A stretch of 64,000 bases of DNA from positions 93,310,001-93,374,000 of the forward strand of contig OX597823.1 in assembly GCA_951406725.2 (NCBI GenBank). Reading direction: 5' to 3'. This document shows positions 27,683 to 42,519 of the stretch, one piece after another (the stretch's first letter is position 1; every line of letters begins with the position of its first letter). Under the pieces are notes generated by a model. It was not told the origin of the DNA, did not search any database, and saw only the letters and a program-made list of their open reading frames with translations. The position numbers and the translations under genes are program-made. The stretch is from Octopus vulgaris. Its lineage: Eukaryota.

Positions 27683-28078
27683 AATATATATATAATCGAT
27701 ATATGTTTTATGTTGAGTGAATTGAGTTTTGAATTAAAGTAATAAAGACGGTAGTCATGAAATTATTTACCTGAAAAAAGTCCAAGATAAAAGATTTTTA
27801 AAAAGCCCCTTCTTTGAAACCCTCCGCTATCTCATCGGCACCCTCCTCACCCAGACAGTATTATAAGTAAAAACACTACAGTTACGAATAGAAACATAAA
27901 AAAAATATAAATGTATAAATCCATAAAATTTTGTCTGTTATGGCGGTATGGGAAAAGATTTGTAAATATGTTTTCTCTGTCGAATTTTCTACTCCTCTCT
28001 TTCACTGAAATACTCTCTATCTCTATCTCTGTATCTCTCTCTATCTCTATTTTTCTTTCTCTCCCCGTCTATCTCTCT

Positions 28079-28119
<41 letters not shown>

Positions 28120-28408
28120 AATCTTACTCCTTTTCTACCCATGTTTGCCTCTACCTATTGCGCTCAATCTTTCTCTATATCTTCATATTATTCGATATAT
28201 GTAACAATATGGCGAAGTCGATATATGACATAAAAAACAAATTAGAGAAAGCATTCATTTTGAACTCAATGTCAAATGATTTTTCGTTTATTATAGGATT
28301 TTACTTAATAATTTATTTATTTTTCCTATTTTTATTCTTACTACTTTGGAATTTGTTTCTCACATCCGTATTTAATCCATTATATTCTTAGTATTACAAC
28401 TAAACCAC

Positions 28409-28410
<2 letters not shown>

Positions 28411-28458
<48 letters not shown>

Positions 28459-28566
28459 TCTTGTTGGAACAATGGTGGTAGGGAATGTAATTTTCCTTTT
28501 CTTCCTGAGAAAGAACTGAAAAAAATCATGTCGGATTTAGTAGTAGTAGTTAGTAGTAGTAGTAGT

Positions 28567-28624
<58 letters not shown>

Positions 28625-28704
28625 TCTTGTCGGAAAAATGGTGGTAGGGAATGTAATTTTCCTTTTCTTCCTGAGAAAGAACTGAAAAAAATCATGTCGG
28701 ATTT
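28411..28704 (+). repeat. Tandem duplication of an 81-bp unique segment with (AGT)n, period 166 bp
   Basis: gtcttgt.ggaa.aatggtggtagggaatg..tcatgtcggattt at 28458-28538 and 28624-28704. Confidence 0.95.
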
Positions 28705-29370
28705 TTGCACGTGAACGAAACGATGAAGAGTTAAAGAGAATCGGTTTTCGTTGTCTGCAGGAATGAATCATTTCTTGTTTGTTGCTAGCAAGCTTGTTGT
28801 AAATATCTTGTGGCTTCCAACTAATATAGAAAGACTAGGAGAGAGTAAGAGAGAAAGACAATGGAAAACCAAGAGAAACAGCGCGGTATACCGAGAACGA
28901 ATGTGATAGATTAAATTGCAGTTAATGCTATGCTATCGATGTGATGATTAAATTGAGCTACAATATATTTATTTAGAGAAAATTGTGTTGACAGATATAA
29001 ATTTACAGGTCATAGAGAACGGCATGGAAAAGAGGAGAATGAAGCTGAGAATATCCGTTAAAAACACGTGGGGATTTGTTATTTTTCGTGTTACTGCATG
29101 TGGGAAGAGTTAGTGGGTGGAAGATTCTTGTTTGTTGTTTATTGCTACGATTTTCATGCCAGTCGCTGCGGAAAGAGTATCATACACACTCTCCTGTTCT
29201 GTATTTAGTTTCGGTTTGTGAAATCATTGCATTTTTCAAGATAAAACTAGATATATTCTCACAGATAAACACAGAAACACGCAACACACACACACATACA
29301 CACACACAAACACATAAACACTCAAACACACCTTATACACAAACGCACGCATATAAAAATTACAAGGATA

Positions 29371-29431
<61 letters not shown>

Positions 29432-30739
29432 ATACATAGAGATATGCATACATACGTACACACATAATACATAGACAATACATGCATACATTGATTCATA
29501 CATACACACACACACGTACGTATATACATACATATATATATATACATATATGTACATACATATATACCAAAATGACACATACCTACTCAAAGCATATTTG
29601 GAAATTAGCAATGATATCATTGAACGTGATATGATGAAATTCTTGGCCCCGTTGAATAATGGCTTTCGAGATAACAAACTCGAAACTGATAACAAACTTT
29701 AGTCAAATGCTGTGGCACCTTCCTTGATTAGTTCATTTCATCATTGCACACCTGTTGATAATCAACCATAACAAGAATAAACTGAAAATCTATGAGTTCC
29801 ATAATCTCAGAATATGATCAAATATGTTCTCTACCAGAAAACAATCTTCGAATATCATAGCACAGGTCATCTTGAGAAGATCTAGTTGAGCTGGTAAACA
29901 ATAACAACATCAAATGATTATAAGAATTATAAATGGGGGCAGTTTTGTATGAATTATAATTGCTTTTATGGAAAATATATTTTTGGATTTCTGTAAATAT
30001 TTTATTGTTGAAGTTCATATTTCAATCTGGTTTCTGTAGAACAAAACGGTGAAAATAGCAACGACTAATGCTGAAAGGTAAGAACGACGATGACGATGAC
30101 AAAACTATTATTGGCAGCAAGAAGAACAGAATCTACAACAAGCACCAAATCATGATAAAAAAACAAGTAAAGCAACGTAGAAGTGAGTCAACCAATGTTG
30201 TGTCCTGTTGCTTGAATAATAACACTGTTCTTTGTTTTGCTTTCTTTTTCCTGTGAAATGTTTCTAACACAATCTATAAAACATTTTAAACCATTTTAAA
30301 TATTAACAACATGTCCACTTCCATTTGAGAAGAATTAAATAATCTGAAATGAAATGGATATAAATAATAAATAGATAAAACAATATATATATTTTTAAAA
30401 AGCAATAATTCCAGGACATTTATATTTATCCGATAGGGAAGGCTTTGTACGCATCTGACCGTAACGAATTCCATCAAATTATTTCCAATGTTCTGAGTCT
30501 ATTTTTAGAGAAATTCTGCGCACGTGATTCCCATGCATATGTATGCCCACGCGCACACCACCTCTGCACCACAGACACACAGAGGCACATCCACACTTGC
30601 ACACAGTAACACTTATCCCACATCATCCATAATGATAACCGAACCCACACCTACACCTTTACACTGTATCTCTTTCTAATTTCCATAACAAACACACCAG
30701 CCACAGGGAATTAAATACATACGTGTAAGTTAAACACAT

Positions 30740-31600
30740 ACGGGGACTTCGGGCAAAATTTGAGGATTTGCATACAAAGGGAACACACTGTCACACCTAA
30801 AATTAAAACTATTTTTAAAAAGTCAAAAAAATATCAACTAGATTATGGCTGGGAGATAACAGTTTGGTCAGGGTAGCCACCCTCAGCTCATATTACGGCC
30901 TCAAGACAGCTTCGGAATCTGGCGGATCCGTTCCTCACTTTGCCTTTGGTAAGAACTTTGAGCACCTCTTTGATCTTGGCCCCCAGCTTAACTTTGCTGT
31001 TGCAGGCACTGTGCTTGGTATCTCTCTCAACCGCGTCCCACACATAGTAATCCATGGAATTAAAATAGGTGAGATTAGGAAGCCATAAATTGGGGCTGGT
31101 GAAGTCGTAGAAATTCTCTGAAAACCACTTCGGATTCTTTCGGGAAATAGGGCCAGGGGCCGAATCCTATTGCCACATATCTGGCCTTGCAGCAGCAATG
31201 CTCGCCAGCCAGAGTTTGACCACGGTCTCCAGCAGCTCCACATACCTGTCTGAATTGAAACCTAAAGCCCTATTCAATGATGTGGAGGTTAACTCCGGCG
31301 TGCAGACACAGTCATAACGCCTGTTGCGCTCTTTCCTGCTAACCATGGCTTTGTAGTCTCAACTGACGCTGTCCATAGTTACGTCTTACAGCTTTACAGT
31401 GCTTACAGAGCATTGAACAACAGCCATAACGCCAGTGTTTTGCTACTCCAATATTCAGATGACTCCGTGCCCTTCATGTCAGCTAATATATCCTCAATTT
31501 TAACTACAAACTTTATGTTCACCAGGACTGTTAACTCTTCACCAATAAATCAAGCTGTTTTTAAACTAAGGAGACATAAAATACCGTCAAATTCAACCCT
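30740..31600 (-). mobile_element. maT/DD37D-like DNA transposon relic, internally deleted
   Basis: Minus-frame VWQ*DSAP..KWFSENFYDFTSPNLWLPN...NSMDYYVWDAVERDT..RFRSCLEAVI*AEGGY; degenerate terminal repeats. Confidence 0.75.
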
Positions 31601-31660
31601 ACAATATAATGAATACAATTTTCTATGCATGCATTTGTACACGGTTTTGTGGAAATATCG

Positions 31661-32024
31661 TGGCACGCCGTCCGTTACGACGACGAGGGTTCCAGTTGAA
31701 CAGATCAACGGAGCAGCATGCTCGTGAAATTAACATTCAAGTGATTGAGCACTTCACAGAGACGTGTACCGTTGACGTAGTTCTCAGGGAGATTTAGCGT
31801 GACACAGTGTGCGGCAAGGTTGGCCCTTTAAAATACAGGTACAACAGAAACAGGAAGAAACAGTGAGAGAAAGTTGTGGTGAAAGAGTACAGCAGGGTTC
31901 GCCACCACCCTCTGCGGGGCCTTGTGGGACTTTATGTGTTTTAGCTCAATAAATACTCACGACGCCCGGTCTGGGAATCAAAACCGCGAGTCCGCTGCCC
32001 TAACCACTGGGCCATTGCGCCTCC
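31661..32024 (-). mobile_element. SINE family A, full length
   Basis: Colinear with 1395-1739; same tRNA-like head. Confidence 0.9.
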
Positions 32025-32263
32025 TGCGGAAATATATATAAGCTAAGGCAGTACAATGAGTGTTCATCTGAACGTTACATGTGCCGTCATACAACAGACC
32101 GCATTTACTGATATCTTTGTTGGTTTATAGCTTCTTCAAACCTCAACAAAGTAAATAAATCTTTGCTTTGTATGTAAGCAAGAAATAAAAATTGTCTCAT
32201 TACATGTAGTATGCTGCTCAGTTTGTATGATTGTGTAATGACAAGAATATTTTTTTTAAATAC

Positions 32264-32510
32264 TGGCCCTCCGTCGGTTACGACGACGAGTGTTCCAGTT
32301 GGTCCGATCGACGGAACAGCCCACTGGTGAAACTGACGCGCAAGTGGCTGAACACTCTACAGTGAAGCGTACCATTCACGTAGTTTTCAGGGACATTCAG
32401 TGACACAGAACCTGACAAGGCCGGCCTTTCGAAATACACTTACTTCTCATTTTTACCAGTTGAGTAGAATTAGGGCAGCATGAAATAAAGTGTTTTACAC
32501 AAGAACACCA
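32264..32510 (-). mobile_element. SINE family A (alternative 5' half), 5'-truncated
   Basis: Shared 3' half followed by ctcatttttaccagttgagtag..tgaaataaagtg. Confidence 0.8.
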
Positions 32511-32937
32511 ATATTCTGTACACCGTAAGCGTATGTAAAGATTTTCTTTTTACTAGGTGAATAAGCCTCACATTTATAACACAAGAGCCGCTTTGGTATT
32601 GTTTCGCTTACCTTTTAGCATGTAAGTCACTGCCCGAACAACATTCATATACAAAGCTAGTCATACTCTATAGAACATTTGTTGATATCATAAGTATTGG
32701 GTATTCCGATCTATGAAGAACGAATTAATAGAGAACGGTTACTTAATATCACAATGAGGAATGTTATCAGCTTCAAAGATAATGAAAATTTTCTTCATTA
32801 TACTGTAATTTACAGGAATTTTCCATGAAGTATATAGGTAGGGAGAAATCTAGGACGAAACAGTAGGAGAGCAGTGTTATGAGTTTACATATGCAGTGAC
32901 CACAGCCAATTAAATAAACAGTAAAACTGACCATAGA

Positions 32938-33258
32938 GAGAGCGCGTGGCTTCGTGGTTGGGGCATGCGACTCATGATCATTAGATCGTTAATTTGATTC
33001 CCGACGCTGGATTCTATCCTTGAGAAAAATACTTATTTCACGTTTCTGCACTCCACTGAGCCGGTGAAAATGAATAGTACGTGTAATTCGAAGGGCTAGT
33101 CTTGCCACACACTGTGTCACGCTGAATCTCCTTTAGAACCACGTTAAGGGTACGCGTGTCTGTGGAGTGCTCAGCCACTTGCACGTTAATTTCACCAGCA
33201 GGCTGTTCCGTTGATCGTATTAGCTGAGGCCCTCGTCGTCGTAACTGACGGAATACCA
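32938..33258 (+). mobile_element. SINE family A (alternative 5' half), full length
   Basis: Head gcgcgtggcttcgtggttgggg..ttgattcccg; tail ctgtggagtgctcagccacttgcacgttaatttcac..ctcgtcgtcgtaactgacgga. Confidence 0.85.
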
Positions 33259-33950
33259 ATTACAGTCAATTAACGAAAGAGTAGACAATCAAAATTAATC
33301 TCTAGTACAAGGACACAGACAGAGACCAATATTTATATTCTAGATCTTGCCACCCATGTCACATTAAACGGAAAATCCTATTCAGTATCACGAGACATCT
33401 ATACTCAATGGTTACGGACATTTATATACGAGAGTAATGTAAAGAAGCAGACACACTTAGATACGTACGTGCGTACATAGGTGGAAATAGAGAGAGATAA
33501 ACGTAGCTTTCTGTCTGATTCATGATTCAATACTAGTATCTCAATGAATGACATGGTAGGTGTTAAAAATGAATAAGTGGTTGGTAGTGTAGAAGGGTAT
33601 GTGGTGGTAATTATTTTACTAATCGTGCGAGAGTGGAAGTTGCGATTATAGTTATGATTATAGGGGTCGGTAGTGATTATATGATTAGAATTGGCCCGAT
33701 GTGAAGGAGTGGGTTATATCATGATAATGTTCAGTGACAAAGATGGCGATGGTGTGTCATAGAAGAGGAGCTGTGTGGACGTAGGTGGCCTTGGATAGCA
33801 ATGGTGGATGGACATGTTTGGAGAGGACATAGCGGCTGAGTGTTTGAATTCTCTGGTGGCTGTAGTGACAGAAAAGTTTGGAAAATGTTGGAGATTTCAA
33901 TGGAGTATTGAGCGAGTAAGGAAGAGAGAGTGGGAAGAGAGAGAGAGAGA

Positions 33951-34216
33951 GAAAGAAAGAATGAGGGGACAGAAAGGGGAGGGGAGGGCAAACAGAGAGG
34001 CCGAGAGCGAGACAAAGAGGGGGTAGAAAGAGAGAGTGAAGTAAGTGTAATCTTGTTGAAAAGAGAGAGAGAGAGAGGGGGGAGGGGAAAGAGAGAGAGG
34101 GGAGAGAGAAAGAAAGAATGACGGGACAGAAAGGGGAGAATATGGCAGACAGAGAGGCCGAGAGTGAGACAGAGAGGGGATAGAAAGAGAGAGTGAAGTA
34201 AGTATAAACTTGTTGA

Positions 34217-34240
<24 letters not shown>
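33951..34240 (+). repeat. Purine-rich tandem duplication, period 157 bp
   Basis: gaaagaaagaatga.gggacagaaagggga..gtgaagtaagt.taa.cttgttgaa at 33951 and 34108. Confidence 0.9.
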
Positions 34241-34247
<7 letters not shown>

Positions 34248-34317
34248 GAAGAGAAGAGGGAGAATAGAATAAATTGAGAATGGAAATGAGATAGAAAGAT
34301 TGCTGACGGGGAAATAC

Positions 34318-34390
<73 letters not shown>

Positions 34391-34817
34391 AATACACAAA
34401 CACACATACAGCACAGCACACACACACACAACGCTTACAGACAACACACACATACACACGGAAACACTCGCATAAAGTGAAAAATAGTTTGATAGATGGA
34501 CATAGATAGATAGACAGACAGATAGGTAAGTAAATAGACACACACACACACACAGTGAGTGGCTAAGTGAGGTAAGGGAGGAGTAGAGAAAATCAAATCA
34601 GAAATTGCTTATCCATCTGTAAAGAATTTGTTTCCGAGACTGTGGAGTGAGAGACACTGGTTGGGAATGTTGGAAAGTGACTGTCAGAATATGACGCCGA
34701 GAATCAATAATGATTATATTGAAATATCAAACAAGGGAAGCTTCTAAAGGCAATATATGATAAAGTTGGAGGTAAATATATTTTAATACATACAGTCATT
34801 CACAGATGAGCATATAC

Positions 34818-34901
<84 letters not shown>

Positions 34902-37076
34902 GTGTGTGTATATATGTGTATGTATATGGGTGTGTGCGTGTGTGTGTGTGTGCAACTAGACAGAGGTAATATTCATTATTGATTATTAATATTATTTGTA
35001 TAGCCTTAAAGCAGTGGAATGGATAAAATTGACTTTTTTTTTAACAAAATTCTTTTAGAGAGTAGAGGAGCAACAACGTTGATGGACTCTGCAGACAGAT
35101 CGATTCCATTGTAGTGCTATTGATGTAGATGCTGTTTATATTTTGCTTGAAGATGCCTACTGGGGGGAGAAAAGTGGCGCAGGGTGAAAATTTGAAAGTG
35201 TACCAGAACTTAAAGGGAAAAATTGAGTGAAATGTTTAATGCAGAAATTATAGCATTGGGAACCAAAACTAGAGAAAACGAAAGAAGCTGGAGAGACAAA
35301 GAGACATGTGTGTGTATTGATCTTTATAGTCCAGAGTAAGAATTTATCTAATGAGGAACGAAGAGAACAGTTTAAAATTGTGTTCGTCATTCAGTGGTCC
35401 TGTAGTTTGTTTTTGCTGGTGAGACTTAACGATCTCCTAATTAACATATATTTGAATGTGGATTACAACGCCTTTCTTTGTAGCGGTATTTTGCCAATTA
35501 TTTCAATGTATATCGTTTTTTGGCAATTTATTAAATACGAAATATTTTATGGCTCAGAAAATATAAGCTTAATCGTAAGGATATAGATTATAAAATATTA
35601 ATTGTTAAAGACGTTATTAAAGCTTTAGCAATAGTTTTTTTTTACTGTCTTTCAATTCTAGTCTCTCATTGTGTTCCTAATACTGTGTAATACTTAAGAA
35701 AACAAACAAAAAAAACAGAAAGAGTCTTCGTTTCTATCCAAATCATTGCTCCATAAAAGAATTGAGTTTATGAAGATAATAAATGTTGTTTGTGATATAG
35801 TTTAATTGAAAGTCATAAGCTACGAAAACATTAAACTTGATATAGTTGAGTGGAATAAGTTGTCCGATAAGAACGAGACCTATTGTTAGGTGCGAAGCCG
35901 TGAGGACTTGTTGCCAGGTTGAATTGTCGATTGCCGGCTCGTGGTTACGATTCACATTTCGCGATTCTAGTCAGTTATAAATGAGAAACCATGCGAAGAA
36001 CTGGCATACCGCTCAGGAGAAGAGTTGCGATCTCGGTTACACATGAGAAGGCAAACAGGATAACCGCTTTTACACATTTTAGGAATCGAGACAAGAATGT
36101 TCGTAAACATTTTATTTGTATTTCTTTACCTTATGAGAGTTAGAGGCTGAAGGGATATTAAAGGATAAATAACCAGCGACAAAGACTAGCCGAGGGAAAG
36201 AGCAGACGATCTTGTTTGTGACAGAGTATGAGCAAAAAAACAAAATGGTGGTGACACTTAATTTATCAGGTTTACTGTCTCGAAGTCGAATGGGTGAAAT
36301 CTGTACTGAAGAAACTCAGGAAGCGCATCACCCTCGCCATCCTGCGGGTAAACACGTTATCCAGTTTGTCTACTGAGACCATAAACTATCTGACTTACAG
36401 GATACTGTACGTTCCACAACTTAATGTAAAGTTGCTCCATATGAATAACAAATAAAGAAAAAGATTTTAAGGCGCTAGATCATAATATTCGTGATGGAAG
36501 TATTAGAGACATCTGTTTTGGACGGGTCAAAATAACACTGCAGTGAGGATAATGACGAAATAAATATATAAATCTATATAAATAAAGATAAGATCGTTCA
36601 TTATAGTATGTCTATTTATTTATTTTAAACAGTTCAGATAATATATAAATACATGTGTAAAGTACTAGTAATTTCTACTTTTATGTATATGTATATATAT
36701 AGCAAAAGTTTACAGACCAAACAAATGCAAGGTCATCCACATAACATTTCATATCTCGAACATTTAATCATAGAATATACATTTATGACATCACGGAAGA
36801 TGAAACATAACTCATCTGTACAAGCATATAAGAAAGTGCGAGAAAAATGTGTGAATGCAGTTCATCACGGTTAATGTTAATACTTTAGCGATTAAGAAAT
36901 ATATATTAAAAAAAAAACATTACAAGACCTAGAAAATAAATACGTAAAAATATAGTATATTTTGTTTGTTTGTTCTGTAACCTTGGTTTGATATATTTGT
37001 CTCATTCAATTGAGCACTTCTATAGCAGTCCTATTAAACATTTTGTCCCTGATAAGAAACAATCACTGTATTATTG

Positions 37077-37131
<55 letters not shown>

Positions 37132-37132
37132 C

Positions 37133-37184
<52 letters not shown>

Positions 37185-37282
37185 ATTTATTTATTTATAT
37201 GCAAGGACAATACGAACAACTTCAGGAATACCTAAAGCATGAAATACGTATGCGTATATACACATATACGTATTTGTATGTA

Positions 37283-37337
<55 letters not shown>

Positions 37338-38440
37338 ATAATATGAGGATGAAACTTTTTTTGAAAGATGTTTTATCAGTGGCCAGCATATAAAGTGAAA
37401 CCGGTTAAAGTGAAAAGAATCAATTCAAAAAACATTCTTCATTTACATTTTGCTTCAAGATTAATTCGCTTGTTACCGACCTAGACATCGTTGTGTAGGA
37501 ACGCGGATCACCTTGAGAGAAACATCGCCTTAGACAGAAGAACCATAAGTCACTGTTGTAGAAAGAGAGAATAAACGATCTATCAATTTGTATTTGAAGT
37601 GCTTTGGATGATGAAATAATATTTGTCGACCAAGTAAAATGTTTTTTTTCTCTGTTTTCGTTTCTGTCTCAGTTTACTGTTTCGTTTACTTTGAAATTTC
37701 CTTTCAAACAGATATTTCCTGCAGGACGGTCAAGATTTAATCCGTCTGATTCCGTCTGCGTATTTGAATTCGTTCTTTGTCGAGAAGAATTGGTAAACTC
37801 ACGTAACATACCCTATGGAAATATAAAAATAAAGTATCTATTTTATTGCCTGTAGTTCAAACCATCTATGTTATGTGTCTAATAGCTACCCAAAATTCTT
37901 TTCGCTCTCTGAATTTATAACACAAATGCTCGAGATAATATAATGAAAATACTCAAATTAGTTCCGACATCTTGTACACAGAGATTATCATATAATAATG
38001 TTTGTGGGGAACATCGATTATCAAGATTGAAAATCTTGTCGATAGGGAAAACATGGGAAACATCTCAGATGTGGACACTTTCCTGTACAAGTTTTGCCTC
38101 GGAGGCTCCGACGTCAAAATGCTCCGCAGGGTCATTAACTGGAATCGGTGCAGAGTCAATGAGCGAAGATCTTTCCAAGAAATAGACAAAAGTAAAATAT
38201 GTTCAAATATCCGCCTACTGATCTACCGTGTTATCTAGCTAACAGAAACACCGCCTACTGTAATCCTAGAAAGAACTGTATTTCAGAAAAAGGAAGACGA
38301 CATTGGAACGTCTGAAACGCGTTTTTGTGTTTTTAGTCTGTTTAGTTAGTGCCGACCCGAGAGAAAACGCCAAATCACAACAACTTTATGCGGATTCGAG
38401 AAACCCCACACCTCTTTCACAATCTTTCTGGTGTCAGATA

Positions 38441-39113
38441 TTTATTTCTTTATTGCCCACAAGGTGCTAAACATGGAGGGGACAAACAAGGACGGACAAA
38501 GGGTTTAAGTCAATTATATCGACCCCATTATATCGACAAAGGCGGCGAGCTGGCAGAAACGTTAGCACGCCGGGCGAAATGCGCAGCGGTATTTCGTCTG
38601 TAGTTACGTTGTGAGTTCAAATTCCGCCGTGGTCAACTTTGCCTTTCATCCTTTCGGGGTCGATAAATAAAGTGCCAGTTGCGCACTGGGGTCGAAGTAA
38701 TCGACTTAATCCGTTTGTCTGTCCTTGTTTGTTCCCTCTATGTTTAGCCCCTTGTGGGCAATAAAGAAATATATATCGAGCCCATTGCGTAACTAGTACT
38801 TAATCTATCTACCCCGAAAGAATGAAAGGCAAAGTCGACCTCGACGGAGCTTGAACTCAGAACGTAACTGTAGACGAAGTACCTATTTCTTTACTACCCA
38901 CAAGGGGCTAAACACAGAGGGGACAAACAAGGACAGACAAACGGATTAAGTCGATTATATCGACCCCAGTGCGTAACTGGTACTTATTTAATCGACCCCG
39001 AAAGGATGAAAGGCAAAGTCGACCTCGGCGGAATTTGAACTCAGACGAAGCGGCAGACGAAATACTGCTAAGCATTTCGCCCGGCGTGCTAACGTTTCTG
39101 CCAGCTCGCCACC
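38441..39113. mobile_element. Nested SINE family M: minus-strand head plus 2 units, with a plus-strand full copy (38541-38771) inside unit 2
   Basis: Tail 38441-38528 (-), full copy (+), body 38772-38882 (-), full copy 38883-39113 (-); tatatcga duplicated around the insert. Confidence 0.9.
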
Positions 39114-39956
39114 TTGGAAGAAAATGTATGTTGTTATATGTGTGTGTGAGTGCTTGCTTGTGAGTATGTGTATGTATGTGTGTAATTGTGTGTGTGTAGC
39201 AGCGACATGGGTTGAATTTTTTTTTTATTCAACTTGAAAATTCAGGCTTCTTGTTAAAGTAATATTTTTAATGAAGAAAAATATTTAAAGAGATGAAAAG
39301 TAGTTTTATGTTTTTGTCTGTAGATAAAAACAGAAGTGATATTTTTTCGATAATTTAAAAGAAAAAAACAGAACTGACGACATTGATATCCAAAACCATC
39401 TGGTTGTGTGTGTGTGTGTGTGTATGTGTTGGCGTGTGTGAATGTGTGTGTGTGTGTGTGTGTGTCTTTGTTTGTGAGTGTTTACGTATGCATGTATGTG
39501 TGCGTACGTGCGTGTATGTGTGTGTCTGCGCGTGTGCCTTTCTGTATAAGTATGTACATGTATACACATTTAGAGAGTGTGTGAGGGATATGTACGTATG
39601 TGTATGTTTATATGTATGTATGTATGTATATATATAAATATGTGTGTATGTATGTATATATATATATATATGTGTGTGTGTATGAGAGGGAGAAAGAGAG
39701 AGAAAAAAGAAACGATGCAAATAGATAGACAGATGGATAGATGAATAGATAAATAAATAGATAGATAGATAGATAAACAGATAGATAGATAGATAGATAG
39801 AGAGATAGATAGATATATATACACATATAAATAACCGCACATTCACAGACAGACACAGGCACAGACCCAGATGCGCACACATATACATATAGACACATAA
39901 ACACACACCATATACATACATATATAAATACATACACACACACACATATATATATA

Positions 39957-40010
<54 letters not shown>

Positions 40011-40836
40011 CAATACCATATATGTATAATAAACATATACAAATAATGTATATGTATAATATGATATAATATAATATATGTATAATATATATATATAGTA
40101 CACATGCCGTAAATTTATATATATATAATAGAATATGACGAAATTTTTAGAGAGAGAAAACAGAACCTCTCTTGCGCCGAAATTAAAAATATGAGACAGA
40201 GATAATAAAGCTGCCTAAAGCGGTCAAATGACAGTTATTTTAATCACGGTAAACAATCAACAGTTATAAACAAGATATTAGAAAGCTGCTGGCAATCTTA
40301 ATTCCCGTTTTCCTCTTCCTTTGCCTCGGTTCGTGACTAAATGTTACTTTCATCGGCTGATTCACATCACGTTTGTTTGGCGTTCGGTTGTGTGTGTGTG
40401 TGTGTGCGCGTGTGTGTGTGTAGCCGTGTGATTGTATGTGTGTGTGTGTGTGTAGCCGTGTGATTGTATGTGTGTGTGTGTGTGTGTAGCCGTGTGTTTG
40501 TGTGTGGTGTGTTAAGATGACAAGAAAAAAAAAAGATTCTGTGGGTTTTTTTCTAACCTCTTGTCACACCTTTAAAGTATTTCGTTGATGAAAGACAGAT
40601 ACAGCCCTTTCTACACATACACACACACACACACAAATATACACACACGCACACACATATATATTTATATACATATGTGTGTCCGCGCGTGTGTCTGATT
40701 GAGAGAGAGAGCGTATAAACATATTATGAATATTTTTATTAATCGTTGGTTTATATTTATTTTTTTTAGTGTTATATCTGTTTGTATGATTTTTTTTATT
40801 TTTGCAATAATTTATTATTATTATTATTATTATTAT

Positions 40837-40946
<110 letters not shown>

Positions 40947-41294
40947 CTATTATTACTATTAGTGTATCAATTTATTTTCATCAACTTCGCAATATAAAAA
41001 TTAATATTAATAAGAAATGATGATGACGATGATGATGATGAAGACGACGACGACTATGATGATGATGATGATGATGAAGATGGTAATAACACGTTGTTAT
41101 TTCATATTTATGAAATCATCATTATTTATTAAATTATTTGAATTTATATGACAAACTCACCGCATGTGTTTTTTAAAAATAAAATCTACCCTCTCCTTTC
41201 AGAGAGGAAGTGAAACAACCTTTAATTCAAAATGGGGATTAGCTTCTAGTAAAATAATAATAATAATAATAAAATAAAAAATGTTTAAATAAAA

Positions 41295-41630
<336 letters not shown>

Positions 41631-42014
41631 TATAATTCTACGTCCTCAATCTCGCGCTTTCTCCTTCCATCTCTTCTTCTTTCTTCCTCTTTCCCTCTCT
41701 TCTACAGTACTTTATATATATTATATATTCTAGTTAAGCATACTCGCTATCCTTAAACTCTAATATCGTTCGTTATTCTTCGAATAACAAGCCCACACAC
41801 AAATACATATTTATATATACATACGTATATACATCAATATAAACACATACACACGTACATACATACATACAAAATCTGTAAAACTTTCCAGAAGTTTATC
41901 ATTTAAGTATATATTATTAGCAGATCTTGATACACAACTATATGCATGAGAATACATACACAAAACATACATAAAACGAATCTGCATGTATACGTACATA
42001 CATACATACAAAAA

Positions 42015-42125
42015 TATCCTGTTGATGTCGTTGAAATTCCAGTGAAGGAGTCTTGGATCTAGGTTAGAAACCAACTCTTTCTCTATCGGCAAGAAATCTT
42101 GAAATAAAACTGAATAATGACATAC
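42015..42125 (+). mobile_element. Short retroposon-tail-like repeat between (CATA)n tracts; related sequence inverted at ~3860-3930
   Basis: ggagtcttggatctaggttagaaaccaactc vs ggagctttgtatctttgttagaaaccagctc. Confidence 0.5.
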
Positions 42126-42519
42126 ATATAGACATATATACATACATATATTCATATATACATGCATTCATACATACATACAAACATATTTTAGGGCAAA
42201 ATTCTAAGCGCTGTTCTCTTGAACCATACCTGTGTATTTTTGTATTCCAAATCTGTATGTAGATGGAATATTTGTGTTAGGTATGCATAAGAGTTAAAAA
42301 CATATTGGAAAATATTTTCTGCAGATTAATAATATCAAAATGCGGGATCGGAAAAATTTTGGGTATTATTTATTCAACATTACAGGTGTTTCATTTGCTA
42401 ATAGGTACTACAAATTTATACATGTAGTTGATAACATGTACGATATCTCATATTAGAAATCCTTCAGAGAGAGAATCAAATAAAACATAAATATTTTATT
42501 CTGTGTAATAGTGACAGTA

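Noticed and set aside
28411-28704. Repeat-spacer patterns here and at 58012-58397 as CRISPR arrays
   Set aside because: Eukaryotic context, only 2-3 copies, spacers are microsatellites, no cas genes
29583-29781. Minus-strand exon candidate with an AG|GTATGT donor
   Set aside because: Stops in all three frames; no independent support
37712-37792. Candidate plus-strand exon after a strong polypyrimidine tract (cag|..ttg|gtaaac)
   Set aside because: Weak donor, short frames with no recognisable protein, no partner exon identified
38280-38330. Hammerhead-like agacg/cgtct-GAAA-cgcg-UU
   Set aside because: CUGANGA core absent; too degenerate to call
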